A DNA stretch of 64,000 bases from Bdellovibrionota bacterium. GTDB taxonomy: Bacteria > Bdellovibrionota_C > UBA2361 > CAKMMH01. The stretch covers positions 1 through 64,000 of the forward strand of contig JBMNLI010000017.1 in NCBI GenBank assembly GCA_050952645.1, written 5' to 3'. Every line of letters begins with the position of its first letter. Position 1 is the stretch's first letter. Positions 20,466-30,501 of this stretch are shown here, one piece after another. Position numbers and translations under genes: made by a program. The notes under the pieces are model-generated. The model saw only the letters and a program-made list of their open reading frames with translations, did no database searches and had not been told where the DNA came from.

Positions 20466-22205
20466 TTAATTTATCTTATTTAATTTTATTGGTAATATAA
20501 TTTTAACACGAGTTCCAATATCTTCTGTGCTTACAATATCGATATGCCCTCTAATAGATGTGATAACTGCTCTCGATATAGTTAAGCTAAGTCCATAAAG
20601 GTTAGGAGATATTCTCGTTTTTATATCTATATCTTTTGTAGAGAAAAAAGGCTCAAATGCTCTACTTAAAACATCTTTTTTCATACCCCTACCTAGATCA
20701 TCGATAAAAAGAGTTAAAAAGTTGCAGGAATCTACATTTTTTTTGTAAAAATAATTTAATTTTATTCTTATATCTGTAAACTCATCTTTAGAAAACTCCA
20801 CGGCATTTACTAAAATTCCCCATATCGCTAAAAACAAACTTTCCTTATTACAAGTAGTGTAATACTTATTTGTTAAATCGTTTATTTGAAGATCTAAAAA
20901 ATCGCCGTAAGTGTCCGCGTACTCATCGCTAAATTTTACAAATATATCGTATATAAAATCGGTAAACGATATATCTTCTAAAGTAGCATAAGGGTTATTA
21001 CTAAAATTATTACTAATAAGAGAGAGCTTACCACTTAAACTTTTAGCCCCATCAAACGATAGTAAAATTTTATCTATTTGCTCTAAAAGTTTTGCATCGT
21101 TTTTTGAAAGCATTTTTATAAGCTCTAATCTGCTAGAAAGCCCCTGCAAGAAATTATTAACGTAATGAACTAAGCCAGATGATAAGTAAGACAAGGATTG
21201 TTGTTTTCCAAAATCGCACTCTTGTTTCTTATTTTCATAAAGGCACACTAATAAATTTATATGAGACAAAGAGCTTTTAATAAGTTTCTCATAATCAAAA
21301 TAATTATAGTTCTTATTTAGCTCATATATAAACACGTAAGAAGTAGCATCGTTTAGCTCTACTTTTTTAAAGACTACGTTTTTTTTCTTATCGTTATAGA
21401 AAATATTTTCTAATGATTTTATTTTGCATTTATTAGAAAAATTTTTAAATAGATAATCTGTGTTTACATATGGATTTATGCTAACTATTTTAGCTTTACT
21501 ATGAAAAGAAACGAGCGTCGCTTTGTCTATCTTATTAGTTATTTTATAACTAGTTATCGATATAAAGCTTGGCATATTTTTTATTAAAACTTTAATATAT
21601 TCATCTATAATGCTACCTAAGGATAGACCGATAGATATTTTATTTAAATTTTTCAAAAATATATTAGAAAGTTTTTTAGCATCATTTTTAATTTGATAAT
21701 TGCTATAATAATTTAACAACTTTAAAAAGTTAAAGATCTCTTTTCTTAAGTTTGAGTATATCTCTTTGCTAACTAAAAAATCCTTTTTTAAAAAGGCAAA
21801 TAAAATTTTTCTATTACTAAAATTATCTAGCTTTACAGGAATTAAAACTGAGCTTTTGAAGCCATATAAAGGTTTATTTATAAAAAGAGGCTCATTTTTC
21901 TCTATAATTTTTTTATATACTAAAACATTATTTTCAACTACCTTATCTAGTATATTGACCGTTATAATATTAGCTATAATATTATTAGTTGAAATATCAA
22001 AAGCGAAATTGCTATTATTTTTATTATCATTTTTATTATCATTTTCATTATTATTATCATTTTCGCTAGTAGTATCAACAACTATGGCAAATCCTGCGTC
22101 GAGATTAAAAATTTCTAGCATATATAAAATAAAGCTACCTATTAAATCTTTACTCTTAACATTTTTACGTATTAAATTTTTTAAACTCTGATCGTCTTTT
22201 TGCAT
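20466..22205 (-). CDS. Cytoplasmic sensor histidine kinase-like protein (atypical H and G2 boxes)
   Basis: GLVHYVNN, ILVNA, DDLGRGM, FEPFFSTK and YGLSL motifs; GAF-like N-terminal region inferred. Confidence 0.8.
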   Translation of the reverse strand: MQKDDQSLKNLIRKNVKSKDLIGSFILYMLEIFNLDAGFAIVVDTTSENDNNNENDNKNDNKNNSNFAFDISTNNIIANIITVNILDKVVENNVLVYKKIIEKNEPLFINKPLYGFKSSVLIPVKLDNFSNRKILFAFLKKDFLVSKEIYSNLRKEIFNFLKLLNYYSNYQIKNDAKKLSNIFLKNLNKISIGLSLGSIIDEYIKVLIKNMPSFISITSYKITNKIDKATLVSFHSKAKIVSINPYVNTDYLFKNFSNKCKIKSLENIFYNDKKKNVVFKKVELNDATSYVFIYELNKNYNYFDYEKLIKSSLSHINLLVCLYENKKQECDFGKQQSLSYLSSGLVHYVNNFLQGLSSRLELIKMLSKNDAKLLEQIDKILLSFDGAKSLSGKLSLISNNFSNNPYATLEDISFTDFIYDIFVKFSDEYADTYGDFLDLQINDLTNKYYTTCNKESLFLAIWGILVNAVEFSKDEFTDIRIKLNYFYKKNVDSCNFLTLFIDDLGRGMKKDVLSRAFEPFFSTKDIDIKTRISPNLYGLSLTISRAVITSIRGHIDIVSTEDIGTRVKIILPIKLNKIN

Positions 22206-22291
22206 ATAAGAAACATCACCTATGCTTAGGCTAAAAGAGTTCTTTTTTGAAAAATGTATTTCTATCGATAGAAAACTACTTAAAGAACTAC

Positions 22292-23062
22292 TTAGTCAAC
22301 TATTATAACTTTAGACTTACGAACTTTTTCTTCAATCTTTTGCATTAAAATCGCTTCATGCATATTTCTTCTTTGAGATTTTATTAAAGGATCCCCCTCA
22401 TCTTCTTTATACTCTCTTTTAAGCTCATCTTGAGACATAGAAAGTTCGCAAGCGTATCTTCTTTTTTTTATCTGATATTCGATTATTGCAGTGATAAAAA
22501 AAATTATAGCGGCGTATATAAGAAAGTTTTTTAAAATGCTTAGATATAAACTTAACTCATTATCTTGAAAAAAATTATTTATTAAAAAAGTTATTTTACT
22601 TTTTAGAAAAAAGCATAAAAAAATAAATAACACAGCTAGCTTTAAAATCGTTAGCCAAATATCTTTGAATGAACCGAAAAAATTTACTAAACCTGAGACT
22701 GGATTAACTTTTTTAAAATTAGGTCTAGCTAGAGACCAAACTAAAAGATTTTTCCTATTGTTAAATCCGATAATTGCGATAACTAGCAATAAAGAGATTA
22801 ACATAGGAATAAAACAAAATATAAATAAACTTTCAGTATACAAACCTACACAAGATTGTATCATATTAAAAGGATTTATAACACATTGTTTTATTCCATT
22901 TATTTTTTTGTTGAAATTGCTTGAAATGCTAATATAAGTAGTTAAAATTAAAAGAGAAAAATATAAAATTTGATTAAAATAAGGAACTTTTAAGACGTTC
23001 CCCTCTTCTAGTGCTTTTCTTTTTTTCTTTTCGCTTGCGTCGAAGCCTTTATATTCAGCCAT
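22292..23062 (-). CDS. flhB: FlhB/EscU export-switch protein, TM plus CN part only; ends at the autocleavage position
   Basis: ASEKKKRKALEEG, four TM segments, KVNPVSG and MSQDELKREYKEDEGDPLIKSQRR; terminates KVIIVD*. Confidence 0.85.
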   Translation of the reverse strand: MAEYKGFDASEKKKRKALEEGNVLKVPYFNQILYFSLLILTTYISISSNFNKKINGIKQCVINPFNMIQSCVGLYTESLFIFCFIPMLISLLLVIAIIGFNNRKNLLVWSLARPNFKKVNPVSGLVNFFGSFKDIWLTILKLAVLFIFLCFFLKSKITFLINNFFQDNELSLYLSILKNFLIYAAIIFFITAIIEYQIKKRRYACELSMSQDELKREYKEDEGDPLIKSQRRNMHEAILMQKIEEKVRKSKVIIVD

Positions 23063-23255
23063 AATTTATGATATCTTTTTTAAATAATACAGATTTAAAA
23101 GAATATATCGAAAAAAATTTAAAAAAATTTCTTTAAATATGCTATATTAAAAAAAATTTGAAGCAGTTATAATGGTAGTTAAGATTATATAGTTATAACA
23201 CACAGAAATTAGAAAGCTAAAATTAGAAAGATGTTTCAAAAAAAGGTGGTGCTAT

Positions 23256-23597
23256 ATGACGGTAAGTTTAGATAGTCTTTTAAATTCAATTAACAACTTA
23301 GAGAATGCGATATCGGCAGCTGAAGATAAGCTATCGGCAGGAAAGAAGATTCATAAATATACATCTAGGTTCGACTCCTATCGAAGAATTTGCGATATGC
23401 AACGAAGATTTTCAGAGGAGGTTTTTTATCTTAAAGCTATCAACAATACATCTGAAATAATTAGAAAAGTTGAGCTTATAAATGGTCTTTCTGCGATGAT
23501 TTTAGATGACTTAAAAAGTCTTTTTATTCAATACGAAAACTTAAAAAATAAATCTAAGCAAAGCTTCTACGAACATAGCACTTATGAGTGCAACTAA
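23256..23597 (+). CDS. Hypothetical helical protein
   Basis: 113-aa ORF with GGTGG RBS. Confidence 0.65.
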   Translation: MTVSLDSLLNSINNLENAISAAEDKLSAGKKIHKYTSRFDSYRRICDMQRRFSEEVFYLKAINNTSEIIRKVELINGLSAMILDDLKSLFIQYENLKNKSKQSFYEHSTYECN

Positions 23598-23809
23598 CAA
23601 AAGTTAAATAACGAAAAAACAAACTACCTACTATATGAATAACTAAAATCCTTTACAAACTTTCACGAAACTAATAAACTTAGAGCTATGTTTATTTAAA
23701 TGTTTATTTAAATTGCCTTTTTGTTTTAACTTTTCTTTTTTTAAATTTTTTTAAACTTTAGTTTTTTTTTAAACTAAGAAAAGAATCGTTTTTTAATTTT
23801 TTAAATTAT

Positions 23810-25117
23810 ATGAAAGAAAGTAAAATAGTTCTATATTCGCTTATAGCAGTCTTTGTTTGCTCACTTTTAATTATAATTAAACGACCAGATAATAAAGAAA
23901 GTTATAATAAAAATAATAGCAAAAATGCACGCCAAACCGTTCTAGAAAAATCTAAAGATAATTTAAAGGAAGATAAAAAATTAAACTTAAAACAAAAATC
24001 AAATAAAGACGCAAAAGCAACTCTTTCAAAAAAAAGCCAAAGGAAAACTAAAAAAGATAAAATTGCTGCTAGACAAAAAAGATTAAAAAAAGCTAAAGCA
24101 TTAAAAACTAACGAACTCGCCTTAGTCTCCTCTACTAATAATAAGAGTGCCTCTAGTGCAAATAATAATAATGATAATAATAATGATAATAACAATGACG
24201 TAGATACAAATATTAGTTTAAAAGGCAGCATCTATTTTATAAAACAAAGAAGTAATTTTATTTTAGATGAGGTTGAAAGTAAATTAAAAAACGAGCTAAA
24301 AGCTTCAAAAGAATTTAATGAAAACGATTTTGAAATAAAAGAAAAAATAGTCAGCTTAAGGCTAGATAATATTGATGAAATAGCAAAAGAAATAACTAAA
24401 GATAAAAATGTAAAACTAATCACAACTTTCTCTCAACCTATATATGAAAGTATTTCTAGCAGCTTAAAAGATTTTCCCTTTGTCTGCACACTGCTTTTAA
24501 ATACAGACGAGTTAAAGAGCAAAGAGAAACTTAAGTTTAATGATAAAACATTAGGCATCAGAGCTCCTTTATCAATAAACGCTATGACTAACCTTATAAA
24601 AAAATCTTTCTCTAATAAACAAGTAATTATAGCCTATAATGGACTAGAAAATGAAAGTTCTTACAATTATCAAAAAATAAAAGAAAGCCTAGAAAAAGCC
24701 AAAATAAAGCATATAAAAGTAAATATAAAAAACAAGAATAGTATAAGAAATTTAAATATATTAAAAAAAGAATCTAAGTCAAGCTTGGTATTATTAGTGC
24801 CATCAAATTTATTTTTAGAAAATTATGAAGAAATAAGAAAGCGTTTTGAAAAAATAGAAATGCCAGTTATAACCTTTTCAGAATTAGAATTAAGAAAATT
24901 TAATGGAATAATTTCATTAGGTGCAGATTATGGCACTATTGGCAAACAGACTGCTAATAAAATTATAAAACTACTTTCTAAGAAAGATATTAAAAAAGAA
25001 GATAAAATTAAGCTTGCTAATTTATATAAATTAGTAGTTAATTTAAAGCGTGCTAAAGAAATTAATATTGCTATACCTAATGATATAGTAAATAAGGCTA
25101 ATACTGTAATAAGATAA
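23810..25117 (+). CDS. ABC transporter substrate-binding protein (ABC_sub_bind type) with N-terminal anchor and basic linker
   Basis: YNGLENESS, SLGADYGTIGKQTA and LVVNLKRAKEINIAIP are typical of this family. Confidence 0.7.
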   Translation: MKESKIVLYSLIAVFVCSLLIIIKRPDNKESYNKNNSKNARQTVLEKSKDNLKEDKKLNLKQKSNKDAKATLSKKSQRKTKKDKIAARQKRLKKAKALKTNELALVSSTNNKSASSANNNNDNNNDNNNDVDTNISLKGSIYFIKQRSNFILDEVESKLKNELKASKEFNENDFEIKEKIVSLRLDNIDEIAKEITKDKNVKLITTFSQPIYESISSSLKDFPFVCTLLLNTDELKSKEKLKFNDKTLGIRAPLSINAMTNLIKKSFSNKQVIIAYNGLENESSYNYQKIKESLEKAKIKHIKVNIKNKNSIRNLNILKKESKSSLVLLVPSNLFLENYEEIRKRFEKIEMPVITFSELELRKFNGIISLGADYGTIGKQTANKIIKLLSKKDIKKEDKIKLANLYKLVVNLKRAKEINIAIPNDIVNKANTVIR

Positions 25118-25127
25118 TTAAAAAAAA

Positions 25128-26399
25128 ATGGTAATGAAAATAGATACTACTATAAATGAAAAACAAGAAATCGTTATTACGCTACAAGGAAGACTAGATG
25201 CTAATAGTTCAAAAGAATTGTCGGAAATTTTTATAAAATCTACAGAACATGGATACGTAAACATACTTATAAATTGCAAAAATTTAGAAGAAATGTCCTC
25301 TGCGGGGCTAGATTTTCTAATTAAAAACTATAAAAAATTTAATGAGCTACACGGTCGTCTATCTTTAACTAACACATCTTACGAACTAGAAAAATTTTTA
25401 AATGAGGAAAGCGCCACATCACTTTTATATAACAGAAACCATTTAGAAAAACAAAAAACAGCTGAAACTCCAAACAATCTAGCAAGAATAAACAATACGG
25501 TTTTAAAATATTATAAATTAAAGAATACTAATCAAGACCTTTTAGAAGCTTTTGGAAATCCAGATAAATTTTACTTTAAAGAATTTTCAAAGGAAGAACC
25601 ATTTTTACTTAGGTATTCTCAAAACGATATAGGATTAGGGCTTGGTGCGATGTCTTACGATGTAAACGGCACGAAAGATAACTTTAGCGAATTTTTAAAT
25701 ATCGGTGAATACACTTTCCATATTCCTCCTAATAAAAACGCAGTGCCAGATTACCAAAAGATAAATGGTAAAAAAAATCAGTTTTATAAAATTCATTCGC
25801 TTTATGGCTTAAGGGCTAGCAATAGTTTTGCGCATTACGTAAAATTTAATAGCGAAAACGCTAGCCCTTTAAAAATGTCTAGTCTTATATATTCGCTTAT
25901 GGAATTTACATCGTGTAATGCAGTCTCATTCGTTATTTGTGGAAAGCTCTCTAAGTTATCTTCACTAAGACTTATAAGCCCGATGTTTTCAAATCAATAT
26001 AATGATGTTTTTAATAAAGCGAGTTTTGATAAAAATTTTAAACTAATAAACCAAGATAAATATAAAGGGCATACCGCTCTTTTAGTAGGGTTTGCTATAA
26101 ATCAGGCAAATGTAATTATTAAAAAATTCTTAAAGCCATACGCTTCGCATAGCTCCCTACATACTCATATACACGCACTAATATTCGACCGTGGCACTAC
26201 GAATTTTTCACAGAATTTTTTACAAGATTTTTCAAAAGACGCCACGCCTAGCGATATAATTAGTTTGCTTATAAAAAAAGGTGGTGCAGTAGACTTATGT
26301 CATCTTATAAACGACGAGATAAATAATATGGAGACGTGTTTTTTAGAGGGCATATGTTATTTTAATATCTTAAAAGAATTTAGAACGGGAGAATTCTAA
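25128..26399 (+). CDS. STAS (anti-sigma factor antagonist) domain protein with large uncharacterised C-terminal domain
   Basis: N-terminal LQGRLDA...MSSAGL STAS signature. Confidence 0.75.
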   Translation: MVMKIDTTINEKQEIVITLQGRLDANSSKELSEIFIKSTEHGYVNILINCKNLEEMSSAGLDFLIKNYKKFNELHGRLSLTNTSYELEKFLNEESATSLLYNRNHLEKQKTAETPNNLARINNTVLKYYKLKNTNQDLLEAFGNPDKFYFKEFSKEEPFLLRYSQNDIGLGLGAMSYDVNGTKDNFSEFLNIGEYTFHIPPNKNAVPDYQKINGKKNQFYKIHSLYGLRASNSFAHYVKFNSENASPLKMSSLIYSLMEFTSCNAVSFVICGKLSKLSSLRLISPMFSNQYNDVFNKASFDKNFKLINQDKYKGHTALLVGFAINQANVIIKKFLKPYASHSSLHTHIHALIFDRGTTNFSQNFLQDFSKDATPSDIISLLIKKGGAVDLCHLINDEINNMETCFLEGICYFNILKEFRTGEF

Positions 26400-26400
26400 A

Positions 26401-27351
26401 ATGGAACTTTTAGAAAGTTTTAATATAGGAATGATTTATGCGCTATTAGGCGTAGCTTTTTATATGTGTGTTTATAAATTAAAATTTATAAATTTACTTA
26501 TTGGTCCCTGCTTTTATTATTCGGGTGCGATTGCTCGTAGCCTTTACGATGCCCCTCCTAAAACGAATACTATATCTTACTGTGTTTTTATACTGCTACT
26601 AATAAGTGCTTTACTAGGAATAATAAATGGATTATTTTTAAAAATGGGTATCAAAAAAGTTTTTTCTAATATTATTACGCTACTGCTTTCTAGTGCGTTT
26701 TTTCCCATGGTGGAAAGTAGTATTTTAAAGCTATACAATGTACATATAGGGCCAGGACCTAAAACCTTACCGTTTTATATAGCATTTAAGCTACCATTTT
26801 TTTGGCTTTTAGTTATTAGCGTTTCAAGTTTTTTTATAGCAAAGATTTTAATAAAAAAACGTAGCTCCATTTTAAACGATACGCTCTTAATTTCTTTTTC
26901 AAATATACTATCTTCACTTGCAAGCATACTTCATTTCCCTTTTGAAATAGAGAAGTATCTTTACTCAGGCGATATGGTTTTTAAACCTTCCTATACTTTT
27001 TCTATCGTAGTAGCGCTTTTAATATTTTTAATTACAAAACTTTTTACTAAAAATTGCAAAGGATTATCTATTAGCCTTTTTATTACATTTATGTCATCAA
27101 TCTTATTAAGTCAAATAACAGTTATTAGTAAAATGTATAATATTACTGACTCATATCTCCGACTTTATACTACTTTACTTTTAGTTTTTATCGTCTACTT
27201 AATTCGCACTAATAAATCAGCACTAGATATTACAGCTTCTAACCATGATAGCTCAAATGATATCTGCCAAATTCAAAGTAAACTTGATAATGAAAATATA
27301 AATATAAAGAATGAAGATTTTATAAATTTAGTAAAATCACAGTATATTTAA
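26401..27351 (+). CDS. Divergent ABC transporter permease
   Basis: Multiple TM helices; N-terminus ESFNIGMIYALLG resembles permeases that partner ABC_sub_bind proteins. Confidence 0.55.
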   Translation: MELLESFNIGMIYALLGVAFYMCVYKLKFINLLIGPCFYYSGAIARSLYDAPPKTNTISYCVFILLLISALLGIINGLFLKMGIKKVFSNIITLLLSSAFFPMVESSILKLYNVHIGPGPKTLPFYIAFKLPFFWLLVISVSSFFIAKILIKKRSSILNDTLLISFSNILSSLASILHFPFEIEKYLYSGDMVFKPSYTFSIVVALLIFLITKLFTKNCKGLSISLFITFMSSILLSQITVISKMYNITDSYLRLYTTLLLVFIVYLIRTNKSALDITASNHDSSNDICQIQSKLDNENINIKNEDFINLVKSQYI

Positions 27352-27375
27352 TATATTTAAAAAAGAGGTAAAGTT

Positions 27376-28710
27376 TTATCTAGCTAACTGAATTACTTCT
27401 CCTAGAAGCGAATCTATAGTGGATATAATCCTAGAGTTAGCTTGGTAGCCTCTTTGCAAAGTTATCAATTTAATAAACTCATTTGCTAAGTCGACAGTGG
27501 AAAGTTCCAAAGAACCAGAGTGGAGCGTTCCAAAAGTTCCTGCGTTAGGAGTTCCCGCAACTGGCTCTCCAGATTCAGGGGTTTGTTGTAAAAGTTGCCC
27601 TCCAACTCGGACTAATCCTTCACAGTTTGCAAAGTTTACTAATCCAATATAACCAATAGTGGCAGTTTGTCCATTTGAAAGTATAGCGAAAATTTCCCCA
27701 TTTTTTTCAATGCTTAAACTTTCGACTGAACCAACGCCTTGTCCATCTTGAGCGATAGAAATTATATTAGACTCTGATGCGTATTGAGTAAATGGATCCA
27801 TTTTAATATCGATAGAGCTAGCTGCCGAGCCATTATTCCAAGCGACAGACGCTTTTAAATCACTAGTGCCTGCAGGAGGCGTGTTGTTTCTAGTCCCTGA
27901 GGTAGTAAAAGTCATATCTATTAAACCTGCCGCCTCATCCCCATTAAGAGTAGTAATCAATCTAGGATATCCTTTTACATCGCCCGAAGTATCTACCTCA
28001 TCGCTATTTACATAACCTCTTACTTGATATTGATTGTTGCCAGTATGAAAATAATAATACGTTATAGCGTGAGCTTCCCCGAGTGTATCGAAAACCTCAA
28101 CTACTGTTGAAAACTCTGCAGCGTCGTTTAAATCTGCATAAGAAACTAAATCGCTTCCAGCTCCTTGTCCTACGATAGGAACTGCAGGGATATTTGCAGG
28201 GTTTATAATATTAGCATTAGAGTTTACGTTTCCTGAGATAGATATTTTTTTAGTAGAGATAGTGTTTTGCGAAATAGAGTTTACATTTATAGCCTCTAAA
28301 GTTCCCGTTCCAACATCTGGAAAACCTAAAACATAAAAATTATCTTGCGTAACGATATACCCATCCGAGTCTAATTTGAAGTTCCCAGCTCTAGTATAAT
28401 ACCTTCCTCCACCTATACCGTGAGAACAAGCAAAGTAGCCATTTCCATCGATTGCTAAGTCGAGCGTTCTCCCAGTGGTTTCTAAAGTTCCTTGCTCCAT
28501 AATATTACTTACGCAGCTTATTGCAGAGCCAGCTCCAGTTATCTTTCCAGTTGCTTGCCCACAAGCAATCATATCTTCAAACTCGGCTCTAGCAGTTTTA
28601 TAACCTATCGTGCTAGCGTTAGATATATTATCACCAGAAACAGATATAGCAGTTCCGTGGCTAGAAATTCCCGACCTTCCTGAAAATAGACCGTTTATTA
28701 TACTTGTCAT
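27376..28710 (-). CDS. flgE: Flagellar hook protein
   Basis: GDNISNASTIGYK, TGRTLDLAIDGNGYF, YTRAGNF and LELSTVDLANEFIKLITLQRGYQANSR motifs. Confidence 0.95.
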   Translation of the reverse strand: MTSIINGLFSGRSGISSHGTAISVSGDNISNASTIGYKTARAEFEDMIACGQATGKITGAGSAISCVSNIMEQGTLETTGRTLDLAIDGNGYFACSHGIGGGRYYTRAGNFKLDSDGYIVTQDNFYVLGFPDVGTGTLEAINVNSISQNTISTKKISISGNVNSNANIINPANIPAVPIVGQGAGSDLVSYADLNDAAEFSTVVEVFDTLGEAHAITYYYFHTGNNQYQVRGYVNSDEVDTSGDVKGYPRLITTLNGDEAAGLIDMTFTTSGTRNNTPPAGTSDLKASVAWNNGSAASSIDIKMDPFTQYASESNIISIAQDGQGVGSVESLSIEKNGEIFAILSNGQTATIGYIGLVNFANCEGLVRVGGQLLQQTPESGEPVAGTPNAGTFGTLHSGSLELSTVDLANEFIKLITLQRGYQANSRIISTIDSLLGEVIQLAR

Positions 28711-28891
28711 AGTTACTTCTCCAAAAAAAAATTAAAACTTTTTTATATTTTATTTTAAAACTTTAGCTCTACACATTTGCTTAATACGTTTACTCTACGC
28801 ATTTTAAGATAAGAACTAGAAAGCTTTTAATTAGCATCTTTTCTTTCTTTCTCTTCTTCTCTTCTCTCTTCTTCTTTTTTTTTCTCTTTTC

Positions 28892-29551
28892 TTAAATTCT
28901 TACCTCTTTAATATCCGATAGAGCGATTTGCGTATCTCCTATGAGTAGTGGTGTTTCACCACCAGGAATAAATCCGCTAACGATACCAGCTCTAGCAAAA
29001 TCGATAGTCGAATAAAAGCCTTGAGAATTTAAGTAGCTAAGCCTTGCTTCATAGCTACCAGCTCCCGACACTATATTTTCTAGTGTAGCAGTATAATCTC
29101 CTTTTTCTAACTCTCCTAAAGATAGTGTTTCAACAATGTTATTTGCATCATCTAGCAAGTCTACTCTTACGTCTGAAGCATTTTCAGGGAGTTTAAATAC
29201 GATATCTCCGCCTTGACCGTTTGAAACGTTTATAGTTTTATCATTTAATAAAACTTGGTGTCCTAAATAGCTTGCTAAACTTTCTGAGTTGCCATTACCT
29301 GAAAATTTTTCCATAGCTCCATTTATAGAAATTAGTTGTTCTAATTGTGAAAATTGAGCTAAATTTACTGAAAAATCTTGGTTATCTACTGGATTTAAAG
29401 GATCTTGATTTTGAAGCTGTGCTATAAGTAGTTGTAAAAAATCATCTTTTCCTACTACACTCTTACTATTTGCAGTAGTATCATTTTTTACTTGACTATC
29501 GCTACTAGTATAATAGCTAGAATCTAAATTGTTTATTCCATCGACTGCCAT
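28892..29551 (-). CDS. flgD: Flagellar hook capping protein
   Basis: GKDDFLQLLIAQLQNQDPLNP...LAQFSQLEQ. Confidence 0.95.
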   Translation of the reverse strand: MAVDGINNLDSSYYTSSDSQVKNDTTANSKSVVGKDDFLQLLIAQLQNQDPLNPVDNQDFSVNLAQFSQLEQLISINGAMEKFSGNGNSESLASYLGHQVLLNDKTINVSNGQGGDIVFKLPENASDVRVDLLDDANNIVETLSLGELEKGDYTATLENIVSGAGSYEARLSYLNSQGFYSTIDFARAGIVSGFIPGGETPLLIGDTQIALSDIKEVRI

Positions 29552-29623
29552 ATACTTATCTCCGAAAAATAAGGAAATTTTTGCCTTTTAAAGGCATGTT
29601 TCCACTAACTTAATTTAAGTAAA

Positions 29624-29639
29624 TGCAAACGCCGTGCCT
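29624..29639 (-). promoter_or_regulatory. Sigma54 (-24/-12) promoter of flgDE
   Basis: Minus strand AGGCACGGCGTTTGCA versus consensus TGGCACGnnnnTTGCW, about 70 nt upstream of flgD. Confidence 0.75.
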
Positions 29640-29750
29640 AAAGATAAAAATTATTTACCTTTAGTCTACTTGATAAAACTCTAGCATTAGTATAAAATCA
29701 AAAGTTGTTCTAGAAAGCAGATAGGCTGTTTTTATATAGAAGAAACTAAG

Positions 29751-30023
29751 ATGCCTGATTTTGCTCGTAATAATATAAATGATGCAAAGCCCACTAATAA
29801 TGCTAGTAAGGCTAGCAAAATTGATCTCTCAGACGCAACATTAGCTACTTCTAGCTCTGATAAGATTAAGCGAGAAGAATTAGCAAAAAACGTATGCTCT
29901 TTATTAAATGAGGGGAACTTTGATAAGACACAAGAAACACTAGATTCCATCGATAGAAAACAAATCAAAGAACTTAGGGAAATGATATCAAAAGTGGCAT
30001 CATATCATTTAAAGAAAAATTAA
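29751..30023 (+). CDS. Small hypothetical protein, possibly truncated
   Basis: 90-aa ORF with no recognisable motif. Confidence 0.45.
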   Translation: MPDFARNNINDAKPTNNASKASKIDLSDATLATSSSDKIKREELAKNVCSLLNEGNFDKTQETLDSIDRKQIKELREMISKVASYHLKKN

Positions 30024-30049
30024 ATAGCAAATTGCTTAAAATTAAAAAA

Positions 30050-30405
30050 ACTATTACCGTTATCAGACCTGCAACAGAACCAAAAATTAAAATAGATAAA
30101 AGATAACTAACAGAATCAACGCCACTTCTAAATAACTCAGGAAATTCCTCTCACCATATATCATTCATCATTCCCCTATTAGATTGCGTTTGAATTGTTC
30201 CAGTTATAGCCCAGATAAGATTTATTAAAAACAAGCTAGTAGCAACATTTTTATCTACGATATCTGCATATAAAAATAATCCCCAGATAACTAAATACGA
30301 CATAGAAAAAAGTAGCATATCTGCTACTCGTCCTTTATCTGAAAATGTTGCAACACAAGATCTATACCAAAGTGCATTAATTTTTTTAAACATAATATGC
30401 TTCAA
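30050..30405 (-). pseudogene. Remnant of an ABC-2 type permease
   Basis: KKINALWYRS...RVADMLLF...VIWG...MMNDIW* then EEFPELF; truncated after about three TM helices. Confidence 0.5.
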
Positions 30406-30501
30406 CTTCCATGAGTATTTATCGCCTTTTTATTAAACTTAATTTTAATAAACTTAATTTTTTTTAAAGAATTTAATTTCCCGACTTTAGTATAAAAAAA
30501 C

